Notes: generated from the letters alone by a model not told the origin. Numbered from the stretch's first letter, positions 50,045-62,567 are shown. The stretch: 64,000 nt of DNA from Callorhinchus milii (GCF_018977255.1 NW_024704742.1:131752001-131816000); one strand, 5' to 3'. A program made the numbers and translations.

Positions 50045-50455
50045 TCTCTTGGTAGCATGCTTGCCTCTTACTCAGAAGATTGCAGGTTCAATCCCTACAT
50101 CGGGATTTTGAGCTCAGTGTCTAGGCTGATGCTCCAGTCCAGTGCTGTTAGGGATTGCTGCATTGTGAGAGATGCCACCCTTTGGGCAAGACATTAATGC
50201 GAGGTCCAGTCTGCCTGTTTATGTGGACACTGAATATTCCATGACATTATTCAAAACGAGAAGAGAGTTTTCTCTCATTGTCCTGCCAACAATTCATTTC
50301 ACGGCTGTTTGTGGATCATTGCTGTATACAAATGGCCTGCTGCATTCACTTATAAACTCTACAGTCACTGCACTTCCAAACAAATTGTGTGAAGTGCTTT
50401 GAGACATCTTGACAATGTGACAAAGTCCTATATCAAATTCAAAGATTATATTAGT
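50045..50455 (+). mobile_element. SacSINE1-like Deu SINE
   Basis: Head ggtagcatgcttgcctcttactcagaagattgcaggttcaatccc, body, Deu core and tail. Confidence 0.85.
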
Positions 50456-51319
50456 ATTAAATTAATGTTTGATCATCCACTGTATAACCATTTTGTCTTA
50501 AAACTTAGGAAGATAAATAAATAAATGATCCTTCCATTTGGTATCTCGACTTATCACACCAAAACATCTCAAAGCGCTTCACAAAGTCTTATGTAAATTT
50601 TGTGGTGCTTTCGTAACTGCAGTAAAACACACAGAGAATCGCACAGAATTATGGAAAAATTCTTCAATTTAATTTGGATCCCATTTTTTTAAAAAAAACT
50701 GACTTCCAAACTAAGACTGAGTTTAACAATTTCTGCACAATTCTTTGCGATCATAAATTTAAAGAAAGCAATGGTCCTTCCCCAAACCCAAATAAAATTG
50801 TTATTCACTGTATGACCGTTTGTGGGACATTGCAGTTCCGAAATTGGCTGCCACATTCACCTACAAAACGTACAGTAACTGGACTTTACAGTATATCCTG
50901 TGAGACGTCTGGCTGATGTGATAGGTGCTATAGTTATTATTATTTGGTGGGATTCACATTCCTTGTAGAGACACATCAATGTCAAAGTTATAAGAATGAG
51001 GTATTGTATAGTTCATATCCCCTGTCCTACCTTCCCCACCATCAGCAGTTGGGCTTTCAGCCTACCTGCCCCTGCTTTCTGGAACTCCATCTCCATCTAC
51101 AACATGCCCCTTCCCTCACCTCCTTTAAGGTCTGCCTCAAGAAATTTCTTTGCAACCATTCCTTTGGTTATCGATCTCACCAATTTTGTGTTCTTGTGAT
51201 CTTGTGAGTATCATCTTAGTCTATAAGTTCAAAATCCAAACATGGGGTTTGAACCAATAACCTTCTGACTCAGTGGCAAGAGTCCTACCAGCTGACAGCA
51301 TTCCATATATTTGCTGGAA

Positions 51320-52030
51320 GTCCTATTCTAATACAGCAAAAGTGCTTGTTTGACATATAGCTTTGGAAGACAGTGACATTAACTCCAGATTCCATTCCAG
51401 ATAGTGGGAACTTTCCGTGTGTAGGTGGCTTACATACGTGGAACACTCAGTCTGGTTTGTATACTTCCCCCTTCTCTTTTCCCTTGCTGGGCATCCAAAC
51501 CCCACCCCACTGTGAAGCAGCCCAAGATATTATCCTACATGACGGGTGCTATTTAAATGCAAATTTTTGTTGCTGTATTACACGCGCACCAAATGGCCTG
51601 GTGAATGGGATTCTGTGGGATTCACAAAACACACAGTCCCAGTCATACACTTTACAGTGTATCCTGTGAAATCCTTTGAGATGTCTCGAAGATGTGATGA
51701 GGCACTATATTAATTGCAAAGATTATTATTATTATATGTCAGATTGTAACTTGTATTCACTGGCACCTCCTTTGAAGAGACGCACAGCTATTATGTTATT
51801 CCACACACCAGTAGTTTCATTTACCTACATGCTGTATGCTGTGAGTGACCCCAGTCACACAGGAAGCCTTTATGTTCAATAGGTTTCAGTTTGAGAAAGT
51901 TGGAGGAGGGGAGGAGGATTGGACATTCCAGATATAAGGAAATTGTTCTGTTCACCTCTTGATATGCTGAACATGGACAGATCCCTAATGAACATGGCTG
52001 ACAATGAAAATGTGACTCTTGACACTGCAC
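51320..52030 (-). pseudogene. Decayed LRRNT-LRR remnant K
   Basis: ORF 51821-52030 CSLGICPCSAYQEV...CPILLPSSNFLKLKPIEHKGF; ORF 51323-51505 HYLEWNLELMSLSSKAICQTSTFAVLE. Homology to H, J and L. Confidence 0.58.
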
Positions 52031-52351
52031 TGAACGTGTGTGGGCTGACTTGACAGATTTCCTGAGCGCTTCCAGGAAGATAGCTACATGCTCATTACAG
52101 TTTTTCCATTAACTTTATGCACTTTGAAAGTCCCCCCCACTGCTCAATCCCACCAATATTGCTGCTTCCTACAACCTGAGCGAGGGCTATGCTCCGGACC
52201 GTGAACTGCTCAGTAATTAGCTGAGAGAAGGTTCATTCTGTGAGACACAGTCGGCCAAGGCAGGATTTTCTTTCCCTTTTCTTCAGATGAAGCGCAGAAG
52301 ATTGTGAAAATGTTAATATATGTTTTCATAAAACAGACAGATGTTATGCTT

Positions 52352-52519
52352 ACATGGATGCATGTATACATCACGCATACATGCATGCATGCATACATCA
52401 CGCATGCATGCATGTATACATCACACATACATGTATGCATGCATACATACATACGTACGTATGTATGTATGTATGTATGTATGTATGTACGTACGTGCAC
52501 GCACGCACGCGTGATGTAT

Positions 52520-52570
<51 letters not shown>

Positions 52571-52612
52571 CATACATACATACATACATACATACATACA
52601 TACATACATACA

Positions 52613-52643
<31 letters not shown>

Positions 52644-52645
52644 GT
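52352..52645. repeat. Compound alternating purine-pyrimidine microsatellite: (ATGC)/(TATG)n/(GCAC)n/(CATA)n
   Basis: Seen directly; (TATG)n at about 52460-52488 and (CATA)n at about 52570-52640 are mutually inverted. Confidence 0.95.
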
Positions 52646-53569
52646 CCAAAATAATAGCATTCAAAGATATCGAGACAGGCAAGAATATTATGTTAAAAGA
52701 TCTGCCTAGAGCTAATACAGCTATGGAATAGGTTTGATGAGCTGAATGACTGCCACCTGCTCCTATATTCTCAAACATTGTGCTCCAGAATTTTACTCCA
52801 TCTAGTACAATGATAGAAATTAAAACCATGGAAATTCGTAGCACAGAAGAAGGCTGTTTGGTCCATTGTGTCTGTAACGGCTCCTTTAAAAAGCAACAGT
52901 GATACAAAGGAAATATTTTCTCAATGACTCAGCCATGAAGCTGTGATTCATCTCACAATCCTTAGGGAACCTGTTAATATTCGGGTGAACATGATCTGCC
53001 CACCCACACGTGTTCAGTTCCAGTTTGTCTCCTCCTGTAGAATATTCACCTTCCCGCATGAGGGATTGTGGTGTTGGTGGTGTGTGGGGAGGTGGGGATG
53101 GGAAGGTAAGAGGGGTCCTCTTGGACCTGAAGTGACTCCAAGGTGATATGCTTTTAATGAAATCTCAGAATCGAGTCAACCCTTTGTGATGGCCTAGGTA
53201 GTCCTTAGCCAGGTGGATATACAGTATTCTAGGGCACAGCCGACGAGAGACCAACCAGCCCGGCACATTGGTAGTACTTAGAGGGTAGAACAGTCACTGT
53301 GGACAGCTACTGTTAACCCTGCAAACCAAATCCTAATGGGTAGGGTGGTTCTAACTGGACAAACGGTGGGAATCTTCCTAGTGCTCAAGTTCAGTTCATG
53401 CGCCAGTATTGTGCTAACTGACCATACAGTGCTGGGATTCTCAGGCCAACAAGTTTGCAATGTTCAAAAGTACACCTGATGGGTAGGATTTTTAGTCGGA
53501 TATACAGAGTATTCACAATGTGGCAGATCACAAGATTGGTTTGGATGAAGATAGCCTTTCTCATCATTC

Positions 53570-53830
53570 CATAAGAACATAAGAATTAGGAGCAGGAGAA
53601 GGCCATTCGACCCTTCGAGCCTGCCCTGCCATTCGATAAGATCATGGCTGATCTTCAGACCTAACTCCAGAACACCCACCTGGTTTCCCCCATCACTGCA
53701 TCAAGCTGCTTTTTAAATGAGTCTCATGTCATGGCTTTTGCTACTTTTCCCCGCAACCTGTTCCAGTCATTGGTTACACCCTGCCCCTGTCCTGAAATGG
53801 TTCTTTAGAACTCTAAACCTATGTCCTCCT
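53570..53830 (-). mobile_element. CR1 3' end
   Basis: cataagaacataagaattaggagcaggagaaggccattcgacccttcgagcctgccctgccattcgataagatcatggctgatc. Confidence 0.82.
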
Positions 53831-54172
53831 TTTTTTCCTGTCCTATATCATATAATAGTAGTCCTTGCATTTGCTACAGTGCCTTATCACGTTGTTGAGA
53901 CGTCTCAAAGAGCTTCACAGAATATATTATAAAGTGAATTGGCTGTGTATTTTGTGGAAGAAACGTGATACATCTTAAGGTATTGATCTGGGTTTCCTTT
54001 TTCAATCTCATTTAAAATGCTGCACACCCGATGTTGGCAACGAAACATTGGTGACCTCTTCAGAACCGGGTGGGTTGTTCCTCCTTGTGAGGGCCTGTTG
54101 TGGTGTGTGAGTGGCCTGTTAGTGGGATGCAATCACACTGTAAAGATGATTTACTGATCTGGGTCCATTCTT

Positions 54173-54298
54173 CATGCTGGTTTAGTGGCATGCAGCTGTT
54201 TCTCATGATGGGTTAGTGGTGTGCATCCATTTGTCATGATGGTGTAGTGGTGGGCATATGTTTCTCCTGATGGTTTAGTGGTAGACATCTGTTTTCCA
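54173..54298. repeat. 31-bp degenerate tandem repeat, about 4 copies
   Basis: Consensus catgatggtttagtggtgtgcatctgtttct. Confidence 0.75.
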
Positions 54299-55784
54299 GA
54301 GTGATATACACACACTACCTTGCATTCTCCCAATTGCACAGTAATTTTTTAAAATATAAATATGAGTTTTGTATTTACACTTGACTTCAAAGACCCTAAA
54401 TTGGATTGTACGTGTCAGGCTGTCTCAGTTGGTAGCACACTCGTCTCTGAATGAGAAGGTCGTGGATTCAAGCCTCATATTAGGACTTTGAATTTGCAAA
54501 TCTGGGCTGACACTCCAATGCAGTACTGGGGGTACTCTTTATGGTCGGAAGCACCATCCTTTCGCTGAGACGTTAAACCGAGTTCTTTCTGTCTGTTCAG
54601 GTGGAATCATGTTTTCGGTCATCTTTCCTGTCCCCACTCCCTCAGCTCCTACCTCCAGCTCAGGTGTCCAGGCAGTACTGCTGGAGTCTAACCAGCTAAA
54701 ATCACAAAACCACACAACTTGCCATTGAAACTGCTGTCGTGTGAGCTTTCCCCTCTTGCCCAGCTAGGGCCACCCTACCTTTAAGGACATTGACTTGTAC
54801 GGTTAACAGGAGCTGAGTGGGATGACTCCCTACCCCCAGTGCTTTGGGACATCCTTCGGTCATGAAATAACCAGTCTAAATATAAATTTGTATTGTTTTG
54901 TATTGCTGGTGACAGAAGCAAGGCTCCAGTCCTGAGTGCATTATATTATGTTAAGCACCAGGTTTAGTGACCATATTTATGCCAGAATTGCCAAAATGCA
55001 ATGCATCGTGAACTATCATGATATTAAATGCACAATGTATGAACACACCTTTCGTCTTATATTATCCCAGGTCCCAAACAAACATTACACAATGAAGAAA
55101 TGCACTAGGTATGGAAAGCACGTCGATGTTTTGAATGTTACCTATCAGTCAGTCACGGTCACATTCAGGAGCGGAAATAAAATAAAGTAAATGTACCTCT
55201 ATTCATTCAGCACTCTGTTTGCATTGCTCATGTTATGTGTCTCATAAGAAAAAACATCATGATTTTTTCATGTTGTTTTGTTTAGGCTTATAAAACCAGA
55301 GTAAGCCATCACTTTTCATTGCAACGTCAATAACGTGGAAATATGATTTTTTTATGTCCACAGTTTTGGGGACTATATAAGTTTAATAATAATACATAAT
55401 CTAAATTTGCTCAGGATATCAAATCAGGGTTCTCTCCTTTAGCATCTGAGACATTGCAATATATTTACATTTGCTTTATTCATGATCTATTTGGAACATG
55501 AAGTGCATTTAAGATGACAGTGAAGCCTTGTGTGTAAAGTGATTTCAATTTTCTCTTCTCTCTTGTTAATAATTTCTTCCCGTCTAGCTTACCGTCTAGG
55601 CTGAAATACTGGCACATTCTGCTGCATGTACCCTCACCCCATTCACCCCATCATCAGTGGCCAGGCCATCAGTGGAGACCTGTACTCTGGTGGTTAGCAC
55701 CCTCGTCTCACAAGCGAGAGGACCCGGGTTTGATTCCCGGAGGGGCAAAACCTTAGGCAACTTTTCTTACTTCACACATGGAGC

Positions 55785-56180
55785 TAAACTGGTTCCAAGG
55801 TGACATGATTAAAGATGAAATGTGGCAATCATGCCAACTCACTGGGGTGATCTCCGATTCCTGAGCCAGGTGGGTCCGCAGTTTTCTTGGCCACTGTTGA
55901 TTACAGCACAGCCATCTTAGTTAATCGGCAGGACCTGGAAGGCAGAGCAGTCACTGGGGGCAGGGAGTCATCCCACTCAGCTCCTGTTAACCGTACAAGT
56001 CAAAGTCCTTAAAGGTAGGATAGCCCTAGCTGGGCAAGAGGGCAATGCTCGCAAGACAGCAGTTTCAATGGCAAGCTATGCGGTCTCTTGACTTTAGGTG
56101 GTTAGAGTCCAGTAGTTCCCCAATGCACACTCGGGGGTCCCCAAGTGTTGGCTCTTGCCAACCTGCAACTAATACTTTCC
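55785..56180 (+). repeat. Unclassified interspersed repeat of about 400 bp; other copies at 53135-53460 (+), 54675-54841 (-) and 11914-11975 (+)
   Basis: Shared segments ccaaggtga...gagccaggtgg, gcagtcactgggggcagggagtcatcccactcagctcctgttaaccgtacaagtc and ccccaatgcacactc.ggggtccc. Confidence 0.75.
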
Positions 56181-56184
56181 AGAA

Positions 56185-56968
56185 TTAACAATAACAACAG
56201 CAACAAAATTACATTTGTATAGTGCCTTTCACATCAGGAGAATGTACCAAGGTGCTGGAGAGTCAGTGTTTTGGACCTGAGTTGGAGGTCGGGAGGGTGG
56301 AAGCCAGGGTTGGGGGAAGGAGAGTGATCAAAGGCAGGGTCGAAGAGGAGAGTCTTGAGATGGGTCTTGAAGGAGACAAGGAAGGGGGAGAGGTGAAGGG
56401 ACTGCGGGATGAGTTCCAGAGGATGGGGCAGACTGGCTGAAGGCCCACCTGCCATTGGTGGGGTGGGCGAGGCAGGGGACATGACGTAGGCTGGAGTCTG
56501 CTGAGTGGAGGCAGCAAGCAGATTGGTAGGGAGTTAGGAGGTTGCAGAAGTAGGAGGAGCAAGGCCATGGAAGGCTTTGAAGGTGAGAAACAGGATCTTG
56601 AACTGTATCCTATGTGTGATGGGAAGCCACTAGAGTCGGGTGAGGATGGGTGTGATAGGGTCATGGAGCCTGGTGCAGGAGAGGACACGGGTTGCAGAGT
56701 TCTGGATGATCTGCATCCCATGGAGAGAAGAGTTGGGGAGGCCGACAAGCACGGAATTTGCATAGTCAAGCTTGGATGTTATGAATGCACGTATGAGGGT
56801 TTCAGCGGACTGTGTTTTGAGACAGTGGCGGAGCCGGGCGATGTTGCAGATGTAGCAAAAGGCAGAGTGGGACATGGCTAGCATGTGGGGGAGAAAGCAC
56901 AGTTCAGGGTCATAAAACACACCAAGGTTTTGGACTAGCTTAGTAAGATGGAACGTGCATCCTTGGAT
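56185..56968 (-). mobile_element. L2 LINE 3' portion
   Basis: SAETLIRAFITSKLDYANSVLVGLPNSSLHGMQIIQNSATRVLS; tail at 56185-56230. Confidence 0.93.
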
Positions 56969-58525
56969 GAGCAGGATAATTAGATAAGCAGGATGTGTCC
57001 CTCCAGGGAGAGAATGCGCAATCTATTCCAACAATCCATCTCTGGGATTTCAACAAAGTACTCTGGGACTCTACCCTGTGTGAGGGGTGCTATATAAATG
57101 CAAGTTGTTGTTGTTGTTGTTTCCATGTGTAGGTGGAAATCTCAGCTCGGTTTGGATACTCTGGTGCTGGGTTTCCTCGTGTGTCAGACATCCAGCTGAC
57201 CAAAACAAAAAATTGTGGGACACTGCTGTGCGCAATTGGTTCCCCAATTCACCCATAAAATGCACAGTAAATCCACTTTATACGTTGTTTATTATATCAT
57301 TGAGAAGTCTCAAAGTGCTTCACAGAATATACAGTAAAATGAATTGACTATATATTTTGTGGGTGAATCATGGCAGAAAATTGCTCACAGCAATGTTTCA
57401 CAAATTGAGTGACAAAATTATGATTTAACTTTTTTTTGAAGGGATTATTACCTTTGGAAATTGATATGCCAATCAACTAACAACTGGATTCCCACTTATT
57501 GCTTGGTAAACAGAAACGTATGGAGTAAGGAATCTTGCTTAATGTTGATTCAACCACAGCTTCTGGCAGTGATTTCCACATTCTCACTGCCCTCTGCATA
57601 CAGAAGTTTCCTCTAAACTCCCTTTTAGATCCATCACTGGCTGTCTTATATTTATGCATTATTTTGGACTCGCCAACAATTAGAAACAACCTGTTAATGT
57701 CCTTCCACCTTATCGAATCATTTCATAATTTTAGACACTAACCTTTCATAATTCAAAATTCAAAACTTCAGTGTCAGAATCAAGACCAATGCATTACAAA
57801 TAATTACATTTTGCACTGGCCAAAGATTTTGGTGCCAAAGTTAAAAATCAAAACAGGAGTTAACATTGTCACTGTAATAAATTAAGTTCATGTTGCTTTT
57901 CACTCTCTCTGGAGTCTGAAATCAATTTTTTTCTCCCCCTACCACAATAGCGTGAAGAAAAGAGCAACACAGGTTTAGAAAACTAATTGTGGGTTTACTA
58001 TGAATAACAGCAGGTTATTGATGTTATATGTTCAATGATCTGTTGGTGGATATTGTATTGTTGGTTCTGACTTTCTTAGTGGCCATGCTTCCTTTAATTG
58101 GAGCTTTGTTTGCGAGCAGGAGGAGGGTACCTGTACTGATCTGACTGTGATAGATTAGCATCATTTAATGTTTGTCAATATTTGGTAAACCCATGGGCGC
58201 CCAACAGTTCGGCCCAACATGCTTCATCTTAAAGCTGACACATAAGCATACTGTGGGATTTTAATACGCAGGCCACCTAATGCATAATTCAGCCAAGAGG
58301 AAAACCTATTAAATTCTGATTTTTCCCAAGCTAGTTTATAATAGAGGACATGCACACAGTCCCATCATTTCTTGTTAATGCAGCCTTCTCCACAAACAAA
58401 ACGATTATTTTAATGGATAGTAGAAATTTGCATCAGATAGCAAACAGACGTAAGTGCGCAGCCGGTAAAAATATAAAAAATGCATTAGTTCCCACTCACT
58501 GTCCATCAGCTTATATCATAGCAGT

Positions 58526-60100
58526 TTAATCACTGGGAAAGCACAGATTCATAGATAAAACTGTATATTTGTACTTTTGGCACCTATATAAAGGCCGATC
58601 AAGACTGTATAACTCTTCCTCATTATCGGAATTGTAACATTTCTCAGAGACAGTGGGGATTGAGGTATTAACACCATTTCTAATGCTAATACCACACCCA
58701 GAAATCGCAGTGCTATGCACATCACATCACTTGTGGTGAATAGAAAGTACCAGCCTGACTGATCGGTAGCACTGCCTCTTCTGAGTCCTAATGTTGTGGG
58801 TTCAAATGCCGATTTGGCACATCGTGGAGTCCTGTAGCTCAGCGGTTAAAGCATTTGTCTCACAAGCAAGAGAACTGGGTTCTATCCCGGCAGGGCAAAA
58901 TGTTGGGCAAGTTTCCTTATTCCACACACTTCTGCTTACCACACGCTTCTGCTTACCTAGCAATAAGTGGAGTCCTGTAGCTCAGTGGTTAGAGCACTCG
59001 CTTTGCAAGTGAGACACCTGAGTTCAATTCCAGGCAGGGCGAAACCTTGGGCAAGTTTCCTTACTCCACACACCTAATAATAATCCCTCCAAAACTAAAA
59101 ACAATAATAAATTGGTCATTTTCAATCTACGACTGTTTGTGGGACATTGCTGTGCGCAATTGGCTGCCGCGTTCGCCCACAAATATACAATCAATTCACT
59201 TTACAATGTGTTCTGTGAAGCGCTTTGGGACGTCCTCCTGACGTGAAAAGCACTATACCAAATGCAAGGATTATTATTAGTATTATTATAGGAATCTGGT
59301 TGTCCCCTTTTCTGGGGATAATAATCGTTCAAAAAACAATAATAATTCGGTCACTCAATCCATGACCGTTTGTGGGACACTGCTGCGCACAAAATACACA
59401 GCCAATTCACTTTACAGTATATTTCTGTGAAGTGCTTTGAGACGTCTAGAAGATGTGAAAAGCGCTATAATAAATACAAGGATTATTATTATTATTAAAA
59501 CCACATATAAATTAGGTATTCTGATGCAGTGCTGGGGATGTGCTGCTTGTTGAAAGTGCCGTCCTTTGGATGAGACGTTAAACCTGCTTGTTCAGGTGGA
59601 AATTAAAGATCCCACAGCACTATTTGAAAATAATATTTCTCCCGGTGTCCTGGCCAACAAGCACCCACCCATGCCCCCCTTCTACCCCAATAAAAGTGGT
59701 AACTATTTTCATGACTTTTGTGCGAAATTACTGTGTACAAATTTGCAGTTATATTTTGCAGTTGCTACACTTTACAGTTGAGCCAAGCTGTACACCGTGG
59801 TGAGTAAAACATACTGAAAATGGCTGCACCACACATTCAACATTCAACAAAAAATAATGTCCTTATTCTACAAAAGCTCAGCTGCTGGAATTTCAACCCC
59901 TGAAGGCAAATTGGATGAACATTTTAAGAAGATGAATGGCACACAGTCGGTAACGTTCTCGCTTCTGGGGTAAATGGCTATGCAATCAAACCAAAAACCT
60001 AAGACACAAACCCTCCCCCCACCTTCCCACCCGTCTATCCGTCCACCGTAAGGAAGGCTAATTTTGTCATGAAAAGTAATGGCAGCATCCCATTCCAATT
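58526..60100 (-). pseudogene. Possible LRRCT-Ig remnant M
   Basis: 59990-59870 WFD...FLKCSSNLPSGVEI; Ig at 58730-58530 VMCIALRF / ISIRNGV...LYSLDRPLYRCQ. Confidence 0.42.
58824..59497 (+). mobile_element. tRNA-headed Deu SINE with a second full-length copy nested at 58967-59279, both inside an older SINE
   Basis: Two successive heads gtggagtcctgtagctcag; the inner copy is complete to its (att)n tail; the outer copy resumes at aggaatctggttg; older SacSINE1-like head at 58765 and body at 59520-59770. Confidence 0.92.
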
Positions 60101-60424
60101 CGGCTTTCTAATTCTTTATTTTAAATAAAAGATAACAGCAACTAAAGCGATAAGACAACCGTTCCCCTAAGCTGACAAGTTGCCTGGGTTACATCTATTC
60201 TCTGTTGTTTATTTTGTATTCCTCTTTTTTTCTGCTGTGAAAAATTGAGATGCTTCTGGCGGCTGGAGAGTGACTTAACATTTTAGCTGAGCAATTCCCA
60301 TGGGGCTTTAGCTCATTGTGTACCATCCTATTGTTTCTTGGCCATTGGTATTAGTAGATATGAGCAAATTCCTGAAAGAGATTTACTTATGCACAGTGCA
60401 TTGATTTTTTATGGGTGTGAGCGT

Positions 60425-60515
60425 TTGCTTGTGTGCATCTGTGTGCGTGTGTGTTCGTGTGTGTGCGTGCGTGTGTGTGTGTGTATGAGAGAGAGAGAGA
60501 GAGAGAGCAGAGAGG
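60425..60515. repeat. (TG)n-(GA)n compound microsatellite
   Basis: Seen directly in the sequence. Confidence 0.88.
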
Positions 60516-61599
60516 CAGCTAACGAGTACAGGTTTTTAATGGCAAAGCACCAAAACTCAATCAAACAACAGTGCTGGCGATATATGCATTGGATGTGTCC
60601 AGTGAACCATACTGCTCTGATTAAAGCTAGAAGCAAACAGTTGAGACAGATGTTTGGCTTTGTATATGAAAAAATGTCAGACAATGGTGAACAAGCGGTC
60701 ATGCATTTATCACTGCTCCTGCTGCTGGGATGAAACAGTCACAGAGCACTCTTGAGTTTATTGTTGCCCTAACAGAACTTTGCCAATTATTTGAGTGCTC
60801 TATGCTCGGGAAATATGGAAATTTCTCGGATTTTTGCATTTATTTGGGGTTTTGAAATTGTTTTTCATTCACGCTAATTTTCTGTGGTGGTGTCATTCAC
60901 ATTCTGTGTGTGTGTGTGTGTGTGTGCACCTTAATTATCGGTGCAGGGGAATGAATGGCTGCTCTCACACACAATGTCAGCAGTGGATGCTCCAAAGTCA
61001 TTAAAGAGTGAGCTGTTTGAAAAATCAAGATCCCACTATGTTGCCTCAACTACGTGTCTTAATCTCAAACTTATGGAGTCCTGTAGTGTAATGGTTAGCG
61101 AGCTGGCCTAACAAGCGAGAGGACCCAGGTTTGATTACCTGGCGGGGCAAAATGTTATGCAAGTTTCCTTACTTAATATGCCTGTTTACCTAGCAGCAAA
61201 TAGGAACAAAACAGACATTTGAGCTACACCAACCAAATGGGATACTCCTGCTCCCATGTTGTTATATTCCTTTATTTTTACATATAAAATTCTTCTAAGT
61301 TACTCGCACTACAGTACTGTACAGCACTGTGTAGCACTAAAGGCGATACAAGGACAAATCAACAATGCCTGTTCAAGTAGAAATTAAAACACCATTTGAA
61401 AAGGAAAGGGAGTTTTCTGTAATTTAAAATACAATACAATATACATTTATATGGTGCGTTCACTTTGGGAGAATGTCTCAAATAGCCCAAGGTACAATTA
61501 TTGGGACATTACTCTGTGCAAATTAGCTGCTGCATTTGCCTTTGCTTACATAGGCATTTGCCTACAAATTCCCAGTCACTACATTTGATAGAAATATTC

Positions 61600-62500
61600 A
61601 CTGAGACTCTTTGAATACTGCAAAATCGCCAATGACTTTGTAATAACCTTCAGTGGATTTGGGATTACTGTGTGTCTTTGTAGTTACAGCTGACAAGGTC
61701 AATCGCTTAACGCGTACATTAAGCAGATGAGACTTGTTACTTAACGTGCTGTGACAGACAGTTATGGGGCATATTCTCCAAGGTTTCTGCAGTGACCTAG
61801 ACTGTGAGATGAGGACTGGAGAGCATGGCTTGAGAATGAAGAAGCCTCGAAGCAGACGTGTTTTTACCCACAGAGAGCAGTGGATTTGTGGGAAAGGCTC
61901 CATGCAAAATCACCTGCTTCTCAGTTAATTATTTGCGTCATATAATAACTGGATATGTATCTGCATGGAGTAGTCGTAAAAGATATAGAGATTAAACAGA
62001 CACTCCAATGGATATAGCGATATTACAATAATCCTTGCATTTGATATATCACCTTATGGGTGGATTCCTGCAGTTAGGCGAGAGACTTGGGTTTGATCAC
62101 GGCCAGGTCGAAATGTTGGGCAAGTTTCCTTACTCCACATGCTTCTCTTTACCTAGCAGTAAGTAGGAACCGGGTTGTTAGTCGATTGGAGGATCGCTTT
62201 TCCGGGGGGGTATTAATTCCTTAAAAAAAATTGGTCATTTCAATCCACAACTGTTTTGGGACATTGGTGTGTGCAATTGGCTACTGCGTTTCTCCCACAA
62301 AATATACAGTCAATTCACTTTACAGTATATTCTATGAAACGCTTTGAGACGTATCGAAGACATAATCATGGGTTATATTAAATGCAAGAATTTTTATTAT
62401 TATCAACACAAAGGAGCTCGGACAGGAGGGGTTGAACAGATTCAGCCTTGAGATCCTACGGCCTAATATCTGCAACTCCCTGTATCAATTTCTCTGCCTC
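61600..62500 (-). pseudogene. Possible LRRCT-Ig remnant N (upstream part replaced by CR1 or outside the window)
   Basis: 62480-62405 RP*DLKAESVQPLLSELLC (LRRCT end); after a SINE, SFTTTPCRY...QIIN*E; HLTV*VTAE/LGEY; SHLLNVR. Confidence 0.42.
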
Positions 62501-62567
62501 GCCACTCTTTATCTATCTTTAAGTAGATACTCCAGTGCAATGCTGAGAGACTGCTGCATATATAGCT

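Larger units (their letters stand above)
54930..57880 (-). pseudogene. Decayed LRR-Ig remnant L, split by L2 and SINE insertions
   Basis: 57880-57750 NVIICNAL/DSDTEVLNF; 57205-56975 homologous block with EIPEMDCWNRLRILSLEGH; 55560-55500 KLKSLYTQG; 55170-54960 NVTVTD...TC and IMIVHDALHFGNSG (Ig-like, weak). Confidence 0.5.

Noticed and set aside
52210..52907. Several 60-170 aa ORFs (MYVC, HTYI and HART repeats)
   Set aside because: They are translations of a compound microsatellite.
58967..59045. tRNA-Ala(TGC)-like genes at SINE heads (also 1369, 30167, 47450-47522)
   Set aside because: A and B boxes and an anticodon-like arm are present, but they run straight into SINE bodies and occur in many diverged copies.
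1..62500. A VLR-like system of LRR donor cassettes for somatic assembly
   Set aside because: Agnathan VLR cassettes are short, largely in-frame modules and VLRs have no Ig domain. These units look like whole genes with Ig domains, many stops, frameshifts and SINE insertions. It cannot be strictly excluded without transcript data, but pseudogenes are the simpler reading.
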